Positions 28,841 to 43,750 are shown, numbered from the stretch's first letter. The stretch: 64,000 nt of DNA from Trichoplax adhaerens (GCF_000150275.1 NW_002060943.1:12028878-12092877); one strand, 5' to 3'. The notes: a model not told the origin generated them from the sequence alone. Translations and numbers: made by a program.

Positions 28841-31800
28841 GACATAGCTTTGCGAGTAAACACTATATAAGATATTATTCAATGGTGAGAGTTAAATATG
28901 GAACACATATCACTAGATTGTGAATATTAACTTGTGCAACGTGCATTCGTAGAAAATAATCGTAGTAACTGTGGTTACATTAAGATCAATCACAATCGCT
29001 TGTGATGATATTTTATGAATTAGCAAACTAATTTAAGTTTCACTGTATCTGTAGCTTGCAACTGCTGATGGAAAAAATGTGCTACAGTAAGCTTGCCTGT
29101 CCTACGTATCTTAAAAATATTTGTAATCTAGAGCTTATAATGAACATATGTTTTTTAATGGCCAATTATTGATAAGTTAGAATATCAAACAGCTCATACT
29201 CTAATGTTAGATTAAACTAGGGAGAAACATGGTAGAGTACGTAATCTTACTAAAAATTTCAGGCAAATCTATCACGAGCAAGGTTAAACCATGAATAGGC
29301 TTTGAAAATGTAGCCAGTTTAGTTGAAGAATTTATTTCACTTTTTTTTCACTAACCAATTACATGATACATGGCATCAAAATTATTCCATTAGTTCGCTA
29401 AAAGTATGGCTAATCCTTTAAATTTATTATCTTAGCATTAAAGTAGCTAAAATGTTAGGAAATCTTTAATAAAATGCCAGTATATTCGTAACTTTATCAT
29501 CATAAAAAATTCTATCTAATTTAGAATTAATTCTTTCAGTTTCTCATATCAATAAGGCGAAGATTGAATTTCTGTCAAACTGGTCTGTAATGACAACCTT
29601 GAATTACCAATTTCTATATTAGGAGTTATTTATTCATCTAAGTTACAGCTACCATTAAATCTGCAGCTATAACATAATTGCAGTTTGCTATTAGCTCGAT
29701 GCAGTCATTTCAACATAATGTAAAAGTAATCTATAATATACTGGTTGTGGTAATTTACCTTGACATATTTTGGCGATTGTTGCAGTTTACACTCTAAGTA
29801 CAGCATGCTACCGTTAAAGTGATATAAAATACTGTGAAGGACAGATTAATAATTTAATCAGTTTAATAGATTATTTACTACTTAAGATTAACTACGGTAC
29901 TTATAGTAAGAATCATCGTGATTATAATCATGATGCAAAAAATCGCAAGTTAATTTCTTACTGATATTCTTACATGATAGTAAAAACTAGTTGAGTGCAG
30001 TCTGAACCATATAAATATACAAGAAATCTAATTGAACGTACAGTAATACGAAGTATTTATTGTTTAGTGGTAAATAATACGAGGTAACATAAACAGGCTG
30101 ATAAAACTTTCTACAACATCACATATATTTTTGAAGATTGTCTATCTAATTTACCGACATGGTGATGTTACTCACGTATATTATGTATTTTATGTGTTCA
30201 CGATTTTAAGATCATAAGCGGAAGTCTTATAAATCGCATTTTATTCATTGCGATTTTTAAGACCTAACAACTATACGAATTAAAATATACATTAGCTTAC
30301 TGCAAGAGTACAAAAGATGAATTATATAATGACGTTGTCGACCAGTAAACATTATAAAAACGATGAAATTCAATTATAAGCCTTAATGTGCCGATTAAAT
30401 ACCATAGAATTTGTAGATGTTATTATAGGTGGAAGGTGTCAAAAATTTATAGAATAGGTGTAAGTCTATGAAAGCAAACAGTAGCTACATATGATATTTT
30501 TATACTGTGTGCACGTAGATCGTTTCGATGTTGTGATTAAAATACTAAGATAGTGTACAGTAACTGATAGCTGCTATGTTATTGAAGAAAGCTGTTCCTT
30601 TTAAATTTAATTCTATGCTACAAGATGATCGAAATTATCGGCTGAAAATACATTATCTATAGGCGTAGCGGTCGAATTTTTTTATTTGAAATATAGTTCG
30701 CGTAATAATCAGGCATAGATTACGCAGTGATAGGTATTCCGTAAAAGATACATGAAGCACCTTATAAATATTTGTAATACACCGCAAAGAAGTCAAAAGA
30801 CAAAGAAATTATATAGAAATTGTACTGATGTTGAATACTCGGCTGCTCAGTGTTTGCTGAGTAATTCTAATTTCTTTAACAATTTCGTAGGTAGGTCAAA
30901 GAAGTGTTGACGGTTCTTTTTGTTTTTAGTAATTTTAGTATTAATTGTTACGCGTACACTACGCTTCTCTTTCCGCACTTTTATTGCTTATTGTGTTGGC
31001 TAGAAGAAGGAGACGTCAAAATTCTAATCCAAAAATTATTAATAAAAAAATCCACACCTTTACTGATCTTGCAAACTGTTCTATTTTCGATATGAATTTG
31101 ATTAAAGCACAAAGAGCTTTATATTATACATCCAGTACAGTAATGACGGCAATCATCCGATGCCTTAAAAAAAAGAAAAGCAGGTAGTCAATTCAGTTAC
31201 AGACCTATTTGCATTGCACCTTTAATTTTGTCTTCGATATCAATGAATTTATCATAACTGCTCTATCAGTAGGCTGAAAATTAAATTGAAATTGTGAACA
31301 GCTTAGAATAAAACTAATATTGTGGTTCACAACGGAATAAGTAATGAATTGCCTCAGCTATTTGGTAACCATAAGTTTGTAATAAGTTTGTTTTTCATTA
31401 CTGATCAAGAAGGTGATGTTTTAAACTTTATTTTCTGAAAGATTTTGTTTTAAGGGTTATGCTATATGAATATGTATTTAATCGTGCATGGTTTCGATCT
31501 TAGGCTAATCCTCTGATTCTGAAAGAAAATGCAAAATTAAGGTTTGCATCTAAAAATTTCTTGTGATCGAAGTTAACGATTATTTTATCGAAAAAGAATT
31601 TACGACTCACTTTAAATATATAGTACTACTTGATTCGCAGTAATATGTTCATCTAATATCCTGATATTTTCACAGATTAAGAAATATTGTAATCCATTTT
31701 TCTTTCAAACAAAATCGGATAAATTATTATGTTTGTTGTTATATGAATATTTTATAATTAAAAAATTAATAATAGTTATCTAAGTTAAATTGTTTTAGAC

Positions 31801-33025
31801 TTTATTCACTATATTAATCGTTCTATGGCGAAATTTCAAATTGTGTTAAATGAAATTCATAGCTAAGTTCTTTTTATGACAAGGTGAAAAGCATCCTCAT
31901 ATATTAATAATATGTAGGCATAGCATAAGCGATAAAATTTGTAGAGATTTCATTACTTGATCTATATGGTTGTTATTTTTATAAAATTTCAAATTCAACA
32001 AGATTAATATTTAGCATTTAGCTACTATGAAATGAATTTCTAGCTGTTGCTATTAGTGATGCTTCAATGAAAATAAATCAAAATCAAAATAGGACAATAT
32101 CAATCAGAAGAAGGAAGCAGTTGGTATTTAAATAGCCTTGTGGAATCATTTTGTCTTTCCTTTAATTTATGCTAACAATTTGTCAAATTTTTTACAATGG
32201 CATTCTACGATTCATTGTTATAATTTCTTATTCATTCATTCTATAAGGTACTGATTTTAACTGAGCTAAATTTTTTACTCCATTACCTTCCCATTGTACT
32301 TCGATAGAATAATTGATTCCACTAATGCATTTAATCTAGAGTGCAAACCATCTGAATTTTAATTTACTCCTGTTATCATATCGAGGGTTAAATTAAAAAC
32401 ATGTAACAAGCTTAATGGAAAACTTCAGCATAGGTTAAATGGTTATTATATGGCTTCCATCTTTGGATAAATAACGTACAGTATCTCGATTATAAAGAAT
32501 ATCGAAACTGTGTAAGATTGGTCGTTTTCGACTTTAAAATCTTTTTGAAGGAAAAACGATTATAGCTAGCTTATTATTGCTTCGGCAGTTGGTAATAATC
32601 CCATCGCCTTTTAAAATTAATCTTCAAATTTAAATTGTACAAGGCTAATAGGGCTTGAAATTTATCTTTATATCAAAATTGGACTAAGCTACAGAAACCT
32701 GAAATTTGCCTTTACATGTATCTTGTTTCGGCTATAGAAAATGTTGCTGCAATTAATTTCTTATGCAAATAATATACTGATTTGAATAGTTAATATCGAC
32801 TGATTAAAAGCTTGTTGGTTACGGAATTATTTTTAAACTTGATTCAAGTGCTGAAATTTCGTTACTGTTATGCTGCTAATGGATACGACCTTATGAACTT
32901 ATCAATGTTATACGCAGCTATTCGTATCAAATTTTGATAATATCTTAATAATTACTTAAAACATCACAGTCAAGGAATAAGTTTGTATCAATTCTTTGTT
33001 TCAGAAACTGTTAAAATTACATTAG

Positions 33026-34078
33026 ATGTTAAATTTATCTAGACGAGATCGAAAATATGATATGAATAACTCTGCAAATAATGATACACCCGTAATAACT
33101 ATATTTGCAATTTATCAATTTGCATCTGCTATTGCTATTCCAATATTTATCATTGGATTATTGCTTAATCTGTTTATGTTGTATATTTTCCTGGTCGATC
33201 GGCATTTTAAGACGACCACCTATACATTGATAGGTATATCAGTCGTATCAGATACTATATCAGTGTGCTCTATGTTAGTTGGTGTTTGCTTTATTAGTGA
33301 TAGTAAGCTAGATTTTATTCGAGGACAATTGTTTTGTCGCTTAACATTAATAATCATTTTCGCATCGTTCTTCGTATCAATGATGAATCTGTGCCTAATA
33401 GGAATAGATCGCTATTATTCAATTGTTAAACCCTTCTCAACGAAATATAAGCTCCGTAAACCTTACATCATAGGAATAGCGGAATTTTTTTTTTGGCTAC
33501 TAGCTATAGTAATTCATTTACCGTTGTACAAGTACGTATCAGTTTATCCACAAGATCCCTTATTATGCGATTTTCTAGTTATAACACCCTCAATATCGTC
33601 TTATTTAATAACGCACGCTGTAATTTCATTTGTAATACCTTCGATTATTTTAGGTGTTGTATACGGTAAAATTGTTATATATCAAAAGTCTTACCGAAGA
33701 CCAGGAAACGCTATCGATGGCCGACAGATAGAGAAGCAGTCGAGAATGAAACGAATAATAAAAGTATTAATTAGTATTTCGGTCTGCTATATCGCTTTGA
33801 GTTGGCCATTTTTTGCTTCCACCGTAGGAATGGCTATAACTAGTAAATCACTAATGGATTTACGTCAAGAAAGCTCTGCCCTTTTATTATTGGCTTATTT
33901 CTCTGTAATTATAACTTTATCAATTACAATTTTAAATCCGCTCATTTACTTAAAATTCGATAACAATATACGGAAAAGATCACTGTTCTTACTTAATAAA
34001 ATGAAACCAAGGCGATGTAGAGGACGCAGTCGCATTAACCCAACCGAGTCATTTAGAAATGCATATAGAGTCAATTAA
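33026..34078 (+). CDS. Intronless class A (rhodopsin-like) orphan GPCR (alternative start 33062, MNNSANND)
   Basis: 350-aa ORF with seven TM segments, GIDRY, QDPLLCDF, IIKVLISIS..YIALSWPFFA and NPLIYLKFD. It is clearly paralogous to 24358-25359. Confidence 0.92.
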   Translation: MLNLSRRDRKYDMNNSANNDTPVITIFAIYQFASAIAIPIFIIGLLLNLFMLYIFLVDRHFKTTTYTLIGISVVSDTISVCSMLVGVCFISDSKLDFIRGQLFCRLTLIIIFASFFVSMMNLCLIGIDRYYSIVKPFSTKYKLRKPYIIGIAEFFFWLLAIVIHLPLYKYVSVYPQDPLLCDFLVITPSISSYLITHAVISFVIPSIILGVVYGKIVIYQKSYRRPGNAIDGRQIEKQSRMKRIIKVLISISVCYIALSWPFFASTVGMAITSKSLMDLRQESSALLLLAYFSVIITLSITILNPLIYLKFDNNIRKRSLFLLNKMKPRRCRGRSRINPTESFRNAYRVN

Positions 34079-37000
34079 ATTACAATTTTATTAATTTCTA
34101 TTAGTTTAATTTGATAATTTTATTGGTCCTCATATAATATTAGTGAGTTTGTTTCAGCGTTAATTATTCGACAGTGAATGCTGACTTGAATTTCTTTATA
34201 AGGTTTTTTCTTTAACTGTATTATCGGGAATATTGTATTTCTTTGAACGTTCGCCTAAATGTTTACATCCATTAAATGGTTATTGGGAAATGCTTTGGTT
34301 TATCTAACATAGAGTCTGCAAGAGTCTGTAATTTTTGGCGCTGAAAATGATTGACTATGGCATTACTATTTAAACAAAAGGCTAAGAAATTTACTTTTAT
34401 CTACTTTTACTTAAACTTGTAACATAGCTACTAAGATTATTAACACAAGCTATTATTCTGTGAGCTTTAAGAAGTTACTATGAAGCAAAAATTACTTTGA
34501 TCTCTTGTTCACGAAGTAGAAACATTAAATGGTTCAAAATACATGCTCCTACAATTAAATGTAATGATTTATTCCATGCGATATTTTTCAAATATTAGAA
34601 TAGATGAAACTCAGCGGTAATTATTTACCGAATGGGAAGTAATAGCCTATGTTACCGCAACTATTTTATTTTTCAGTTGATCGTTTAGAAAATCAAGCGA
34701 AATGGTTTAGACATTTAATATGGCAACTGATTAAGTTTACTATCATCCAAAAGACAGTAATGCAAAGAAAATTTCAACCTTGAAATGGTTGGACTTACTG
34801 TTGTGTTCGTAATGTAGGTCTAGCAAGCTAGAAATTTAATATCGCTATTTACGTATTATTTTGATCAACATCATGCCGCTCTTGAAATGATAACGTACAT
34901 GAAAGAATTCTCTATTTCAAAATATGATATAACGGTAATGGAAAGGTCACACAAATTAATATTACATCGTGCCCCTAATCCAAAATGTTATGCCAATCAC
35001 TGGGTTGTGTACTGTTTGAATGATCAATATCAAATGCAGGGATAAAACAATTCGAAGATCAATCTGGTACTTATTTTTATTTTCTGCAATTTCCTTTAAA
35101 TATTTAATACTATTTTAAAATTGCTGCCTACGCAGCCTTTTAATCACATCAAAACTTATGGAGTGATTTCGCTATTTTGGATCAGCGTTGCTCAGTAATT
35201 AATCTCATGACTTAATTTATTGCCTATGGTTACTCTCTATCGCAATTCGTAAAGGAAATTAATATCCAGAAAAAAGTGAATTTATATCATACATCATCGA
35301 CGTCAATGTAGTATAGAAACTTAATTTCGTGTGCTGTTTCTTCATAAATTAAATAATCATCATATCCACTCCGACGTTAAAGGATTCTAATTTGTATTTC
35401 GTTTGAGGGTTTTATTTATCTATGAATACTTTGCTTATTAAACTGATTAGCGAGTAATTTTGAATTTGCAATGTGTATTGTTTATAAAGTAGAATACTAA
35501 GAGCTTTCAGTAATTATGATACTTGAATTACGATAATATTAATCTTAGAGGGCTTTGATGCCATTGATATCCTATTACGATATACATGATATTTTCGTAA
35601 TTTTAAGAATATAAGTGATATGGCATCTAAACTATAGCGTAATGACATAAAACAATAATACTATAAAAATTATTTGTACTAATTTCACACATTAAATTTA
35701 TTCTATTAGGTATGTTTATCTTAAAGTCAACATTAGAGCAAAGTTATGAGATAGAGTGATATACTGGTTTCAATACAGCACATGCTTGGAGTTAGATTAA
35801 GCTATATAATACTATAGATGAAAACAGAAACAATACTAATAAATTCGTATGTCACGAACTACTCTCCTGACAAGGGATAAAGTATAGTATTTTGTTCCTC
35901 TAAGTTGCTACTGTCAACTACTATTTTAGTTTCGGCCTAGAACTTCCCTTCTAGACTGTAGTTTCGCAAATAAACTTCACAACGTGGAGCTACTTTTACT
36001 TTATTTCAACTAATTCGAGCAATACGATGCACTCGTAAAAGACTACAGAAATCATCTACTAACGAGCAATATTCGTAGTCACAAGTCAAATCATAAAAGC
36101 TTAGTTGACCTAATTTACATAGATAAAACTATAGAGAAAAACACCTTTCTTTGTTCAAGAATAGATAAGAGAAAGAGATAAGGAGTCTCGAATTCCGTTA
36201 ACAGACTCCCCACACAGTTCATTAAGATTAAACATACTAAGTGGTCTAACCGGCACGGAAAATAAGTAAATGACTCATTAGTGTAACATAATAGGAATGC
36301 CAGTTATTCGGCTTACAGTGCAAGGCTAAGAAAAGAACACACGAAACAATATACATTTATACTACTATAGGACTCCAATTGAGTCATAAACGAAAGAATA
36401 AATGATATCGAATTAATAATAAGTATGGAAATATACCAAAACACAAATACTTAATTTATACCGTATCATTCACGGTGTAGTTGCACCGTGACATCATAGT
36501 ATACGGCACTGTGTACTTGTGCACAAGTTCCTGACGTACCGATATTTTAGTGGGATGAAATTGCAATTCGGCTTTATAACGTATGCTGATCTTGCTATTA
36601 CCTGTACATCTTTTTAATTAAGTTAAGATTAATTTTATCTTGCAAATAGATGCATGTTAGCGAATGTAAGACAAATTTAATCGGTAAAGAAATGTAGCAG
36701 TCTTTTCCAACATAATCCTATCGCTGTCGAGCATTATTATTCCTTTAATCAATATAAACAAATTTAGTTCTTCAAATAAGCAGAATTTTTTATAATCAAC
36801 TCTATTTTAAAGTTTATTTTAGCAGTAATAAATCAATATTTAAGCTTAAAGTGGCCTATTTATGCCTATGCATATTTGATACCATTAATTGCAGTGATCT
36901 CTAAAATGTTGTTTTTTTCGTATTTCGCTAAAAGCTGTCTTTAATCATTCATACAAGCATTAGGATAATTCTAACGGTACTAGAATATGAGAAAATTTAA

Positions 37001-39349
37001 TGTCTGATTAAATATTTGCTACCGGTTTTCTTGTTGGATAACGTCAATTACCTCTGAAAGCTTTAAGACTGCAGCAAATTCTGTCCAATCTTCGCCGATA
37101 GAATTTGCGATCCAATAGAAAGAAATTATGAGATCTAAGATACGAATAGATTGATTTGGAGTAACAAGCGAATTGGAGGTAATCGTTATCAATTTAGAAA
37201 GCTATTTACTGTATTGTTCTAAATGCTTCTTTTCGATCAGACTATGAAATAAGCCAGCATATAATTGCATTTATAGTACCATGGAGTGACTAATTATACA
37301 ACCGTACCGTAGATACAATATTTGTATGAGAGCTGATTTCGGTATAAGTTAATTAGGTAATATTGTAATTGTCTTAAGGAGGTAAAATTTAGTACTTTTA
37401 GATATTTATATAATAAAACCATTTACTATGAGAAACAGAACATAATAAATTGGACTATTGTACATTACAGCTGAGCTTCATTGAATCATTTTGATACTGA
37501 TAGCAATAAAATCGGTAGCTGGCTCTATTATTTCATAATATTATAAGGCAGACTATATGATTTTTATTGGTTTTAATATTAGCAGTACTGTACTCCGCAT
37601 TTGATTAGCTGTGGTTTGGTAGCAAAGTTAAGATTGCGTTAAGACTATGATTATGCTATAAAAATAGATATTTTATGTAGAATTTAACAACTATATTTAA
37701 CGGACACAATTAGACGGTTGGAAGTTTATCGTTTACTTGATTGCTATCATGTATTGTGTGATTTTTGCTGTTGATCTAACAATGGAAAGTGAGCAGTTGC
37801 TGTTATTAAATTGACCAAAGGGGAGGATTGTCAGCTAATGTGCATGTGCAAATGAATTACAATTGAATTAAATTATACTGTCCAATACTGTGAATGTGAA
37901 ATGCTGTCTGTGAAAGATTGCAGGTTATTGGTATAGAAGTGGGTATTTCTATTGGTTTTCCTATAAATTTAAAAAGAAAATATAGAATTCATTTCTAGCT
38001 AATAGATATCAGTCAAGTATTAATAGATAGTAATTGCGCATGACTTTGTTAATGGGATCTTAGTATTGCCGGAATGCAGATATAACTTACCACAACTGAA
38101 TGTATCGAATGATATACTTTCTGCCTTTGAAAGAAGTACAAATAATCGTAGCTCAATTCAGTAATAATAATATAGATCAAAGATAAAAAATATTAATTTA
38201 GCGGTATTTATTTTTATCCCTCTCTTACATTACGTATAAATTTTAAGGATACTAAAATGATATTGACTGTAAATCATATTCAAAATTTATGTACAATGAA
38301 TACATCAATAAGTAAAAATACACTATTACTTATACGCGATAGCACATATCAGGTAAGGAATCTTGGAAACTTTATTTATTACACGATCGTATTCGGAATC
38401 CACGTAATTTGGTGTTTAGAAAGATAAGCGTAACCGCAGTTACTATATAAGTTATGGGCATTTCGGCTATTACCGAACTTCAAAATCTTATCCTTATCTA
38501 TAATTATTTGTGAACAATGATAATGTATTGCTACGCACAAAACTAATAATAAGGCACCATCTCGATGTCTATTCATAATCTTGCGATATTACAGCAAGAG
38601 ATTTGTACGGAATAAAGAATAAACATCAATACTATTATATAAGTTTTGAAAGTCTTTAATCTATGTGTATGTTTCAGCCACGCGTTAACCTTGATTTTCC
38701 GGTTCGGTTTTGCATTTTTGCTTTATTCTCTACTCTGGGTCTTAATGGACAGGAAATAATTATTAGCACCGTCATTAGAACATCTTGCAGTAATTACAGG
38801 TGCGAGTATAACTCCTATTCGATGATTAAAATCTAAATCTGGAACCTGGAGTGCACGAGCCTTTAAGTTCATTTTGTAATTCTGTTGCAGGCAAATTCAG
38901 TATTTTTTTTCTGGAATATTCATGTGCGAATTTTCGAATTATAAACTATTTAATGATAGAGTCTATGTCAATGTTATTGCTTAACTCTTAATGTTAGTGT
39001 AAAAAGTAATCCTTCAAAATAGAAGTATAGCTGATACCGTACTGAATAATGTTAGTATGTAGAAGGTATATGTGCTCTCGCAATTAATTACAATTTCGAT
39101 GCTAAAAAGATATTACACTGTCAGCTAAACTAAGTGAGAAAAAATCAATAAAATATCAAAGGTTATCTGATCTTCCTGCTTGAAATACAAGATATTATAC
39201 GATGTATCAATGAGAATAAAGAGGATGAGCAGTTTTAGCTTAAAGTAACAAATGATTTCAAGACATACTTTCCTTCTTTTGTGCAAACAAGTCCTACTCG
39301 ATGATAAGTATTTGGGCTTCGATGTAATTCTCGCTATTGACTGATAAAT

Positions 39350-40300
39350 TAATTTTAAGCGCATTCTAATGCATGGATTCTGCTTCACTATACTTGCCTT
39401 ATTTCATATACATTGTTCCATAATTATTATATAGAGTAGCAATTTCAGGATGATTACTACTGAGAATTAGTAATTGAATTTTGAGCGATTTATCATTCAT
39501 TGCAAGGACATGGCCATATTTGCCCTGCTTTTTGTAGATGACTCCAGTGCTGTTGTATGATTTTACAATGTCGAGACGTTTATTTCCAAAGACTAAAACT
39601 CGAATGTTTCAAAACATATTGCTAAATGAATGAGAGTCATCATAATTACCTTGATCATAATATACATTTCCGATGTCGTTATATAATTGTGCAATTAAGG
39701 GATGCATTTTGAATAAGGCAGGTAGTTTAATTTTAACTTCTTGATTATACTTTTGTTGTCTGTAATAGATAAGTCCTAATTTATAGTATGAACTTGCAGC
39801 ATTGAGACTTTTCTCCCCATTGACAAATAATTTAATTCTCAGCGTCTTCTTGTGCATGTAAATAGCCTCACCATACTTACCTTGATTCATGTAGACTGTT
39901 CTAATGTTGTGATATAGCCCAGTTTCTTCAGGATGGTTAATACTGTAAATTGATTATTTAATTTGAGCGATTTGTTATATATTGCAAGAGCATCATTATT
40001 TACCTTACTGTTTGTAGATCACTCGGAGGTTGTTACATGGGGTTGCAGTATTGGGATGTTATTCTTCAAAAACCGATATTCGAATATCTCGAGACTTTAT
40101 AAGTAAGGAAAGAGCATGTTTATAATTGCCTTGATCGAAATATATAATTTTTATGTCGTTTAATGTTAGTGTAATAGTAGAATGCATTTCTCCTAAAATT
40201 GGTAATTCAATTTCGAGTAACTCTTGGTACATAGAAAGGGCTTGATTATGCTTGCCTTGTTCCTAGTAGGTAAGTCCGATATTGTAATATGATTGCGCCA
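39350..40300 (-). pseudogene. TPR-repeat (42-aa period) pseudogene
   Basis: The minus strand reads MAQSYYNIGLTY*EQGKHNQALSMYQELLEIELPILGEMH...DQGNYKHALSLLIKSRDIRISVFEE*HPNTA...KQ*GK, followed by frameshifts. ORF 39609-39890 carries further repeats (QGKYGEAIYMHKKTL, HPLIAQLYNDIGNVYYDQGNY). Confidence 0.85.
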
Positions 40301-43300
40301 TGCTTATTAAACAGTAGCGATTAGATGTACTATCACAATTTCATAACTTTATTCAGGGTAAGGTTCATATCCTTGATTGCTTGTAAGATATCTTCACCTT
40401 ACATTAGCCCTATTACTTGAATTTATTCCCTTTTATATGGATTTTACGCTATCTTTGCGATTGCATATCGATTTCGAAGCTAATATATAAAGTCAACTAA
40501 TCAAATCTATTTATGTCATATCTTTATCAACAAGTCTGACATAATACGAGGCTCTTAATGACGCAATTAGTTTTGATAAATATAACTAATCATCATAACA
40601 TTTATTAATTGCATTATTAAAGAGACTCTAAGAGATTAGGAATTGCTTTGCCCCCAAAATGAAGCGACAGTCAGCCGGAAACAAGATATTATTTCTTTTC
40701 TTACATCTAATTGGCAATATATACTCTATTTGTTGCCTTAATGACATTGATTATTTATTTTTGGATGTATGTTTATTTATTTTGCCCGGCTATAAAGGAA
40801 TTTCTCAACGCACACAAAGTCAGAATGGTAAATAATAACTGTAAGTTAATGGAATGTGGTAGGCATCTGCTTAAATTTTATGTATTAGCTCGTTCTTATT
40901 CTTACTATCGCGTGCCGGTTGGTTTAAAATTTGAATCGATTGCAGCCATCTACTTCTGCTAGTGGATGATAAATTATTCAATCGCATACGATCAGTTTCT
41001 AGAGAAAGACTAGAGTAAATACAGGATTAGTTAAGTAAATTTGCATAAACTGAAGGTCTTTAAAATATCGATAGCTGTCGTATCTATAAAATTAAAAACA
41101 GACTAACCGATTATGGTAGCACGCTCTATTGGTAGAATTTTTCAATTAACCATTTATTGCTCCGTAGTTTTCTTTTGCTCCAGTCTGGCTATACTGATGA
41201 TAGGCCTTGAAATAGAAGTAAATTAATTTGGTCACTTCTTTTAAGTTATGACAGACTCTCGCATGATGTGCTTACATCTTCATAAGGTGCGATTACGTAA
41301 TCCTGTATTCGGTGATTTGCGTATTACTTATATGTTAAGCTTTTACTCTTCATTACGGATGTCCGACTATATCCCATTCTCATGTCATAAGCTAGCACGG
41401 GTTTTCCTTAGTAGGACTTTGGTAAAGACCCGTATTTCTTTCTCACTTTTCTGCTTAATTTGTTACCGATGCGATGACTCTACAAACTTTATCAATATCA
41501 CATTATCGGATAAGAGGCATCATAACTTTTTGGCAAGAAGATTTTTCACCTACAAAAAATTCACAATTGACTTATTTTGTCTTGATAATTGAAGTTAAAG
41601 CCTTTCATTTCTAATAAATGGAGTTTCTAGATGTAAATTAAATAATAATACTTAGTTATTGGACTGAAATTTGATTAATAGTAATCAATGAAGGAACGTT
41701 AATCATTCATCATTTGTTCTAATCCTGTCATACTGTAAAAGTGACACTTCGTCCTTAATGTATAAAATGTACTTTAAACGCACGGATCGAGCAGGCACTA
41801 CGATTTTAATGATAAGTGCTTGTTTGATGGCTCTCCATTTTTAACTCCTACTTTTGCTTAACTTTATGACAATATTAAGTAAGATCTTAGGTCTACAGTA
41901 TACCAGATGTAACTCTGTCAGTCGCTACTTCCATGTTTATACATGCAGAAATTTTCATTTGTCGAACCCATCGCAACTCTTTTCATTATGACTATAAAAT
42001 CATTACAATTATAAGTGTATTTTTTCCCTGTTTTATTAAAATTACAATAATACTTATAAACCAAAATCCTGCTATAAGGTATAGTTATCGGGATGCAAAT
42101 CGCTTTTATTGACGCAATCCCATGCAGCTCCGGTATTGAGTTTATAACACCAGGTGGGATTTTTAGTGTACGATATTATTCACTTTAACATTGATAGCTT
42201 ACGTTATGTCTGGAAATTGATCAATATACTGTGGTGTAGAGGACGTTTTCAATTTATCCCTCGTTTTTATTCTATCACTATATTTGGCTTCCCTACTTGC
42301 ATCTAGTGTCTGGAGCAAAATTAATTTGTTTGTCAGTTGATGTAATGAGCGAATTTTTAAATTCTGAATCTCAATTTTATGGATGAAAATCCAATTGTCT
42401 TGCACTGGAATTAACGAATTCAAATTCCGTACTCGCATTTTTGACATTAAAAAATCCTTAACTTCCTATTAAAATGTCTAAAGAGATAAGAAATGTTTCT
42501 TCTGTTTTGTAAAGCAAACGTAATTTGCAGGCTTGATGTCTAAGATTTTATATAGACTTTAATTGTAGATGGACGTTCGATATTTCATCCTATATTACCA
42601 ATGACTGCAGTAAAATTCAAATCCAAAGAAAACGTGAGCAGATAGCAATAGCTTTTATTACAAATTATTAATACTGTAGGAGTATCTACTGATACCATTG
42701 CACCATTTACTTCATTATCATCTATCATTCCAAATGCAGCATAGATAATAACAGATTAGGTTGTTCATATACTTATTTTACGAATGGTAAATGCCGGTAA
42801 GGCTTCTGTTCTAGATAATCGTTCTTTCTGACCTTTCATTTGCAGTAGTATAAATATAATTTCATGCCTACAATAATTGGCAATCGCTCTGTATTGACCT
42901 TTAAGTTGAAGTAGAATAAAAAAGAACTTTATCACTTCACTATTTGGGCATTATTGCAGTACTACTAGTTATACGCCACATTCATATTCCCACGCATTTT
43001 AATATAGCCATCACGTATAGTTTCTTAAATGCCTCTGTTGATAATTTTTCATAGCAATAGATTTCCAGCATCGCTTGCAAAAAATTGTAGTAAAGAACCG
43101 TTTAAGATAAAGCACTAGTTTCAAACTTTTCAGAAGGGTGCTGTTGCGTAATTCTTAGATGATGTAGTATATTCGTATTATGGGCCGCTGGTTAAGACCT
43201 TTGAGGTGTAGTACTCAGCAGCAACAATCCGTAGAAGCTAATTTGAAAACTGCCAAAGTGATTATTCAGTCATTTCAAAGGGTCTCATTTAATATAATAG

Positions 43301-43324
43301 GCTGACTACCAATTCATGTCCAGT

Positions 43325-43750
43325 TTTAGGCTTTTTTAACTTATTTCGGTACATACTCTGTCGGGAAATAATATAGGCCCACGAAATAGTAATAGCCAAT
43401 AATAATAAGTTAATGATGAAACTTTGAAAAGTAGATAACACAATGACATAAATTGCTGAATAGATCTTGTGTCGTATTGTCGACTGCAAGATTTAGATTT
43501 CTTGATCATCAGGTAATTAGAAATAGTAGATTGACTGCTAGTATATACTCGTATATACAGTATTGGGCTTTTTAAACTTTTTTTAATACACAATCTGTCA
43601 GAAGGCAATATAGGCCAACGAAATAATAACGGTCAAAAGTATTAATGAGTTATCCTTGAAAGTAGGTGATACAAACGCATAACTTACTGAATAGATCTTG
43701 TTTCAAATTGTCGACTTCAAGATTCAGATTTCATTGATCATCAGGCAGTC
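43325..43750. repeat. Diverged tandem duplication, period ~237 bp (43325-43515 and 43562-43750)
   Basis: Shared strings: tctgtc...aatataggcc.acgaaata.taa; ttgaaa.gtag; ctgaatagatcttgt; attgtcgact.caagatt.agatttc.ttgatcatcagg. Confidence 0.85.

Noticed and set aside
34100-39300. Intergenic region including ORF 38379-38576 and an open stretch near 38690-38990
   Set aside because: No recognisable domain. It may be a decayed tail of the TPR pseudogene, but this is unsupported.
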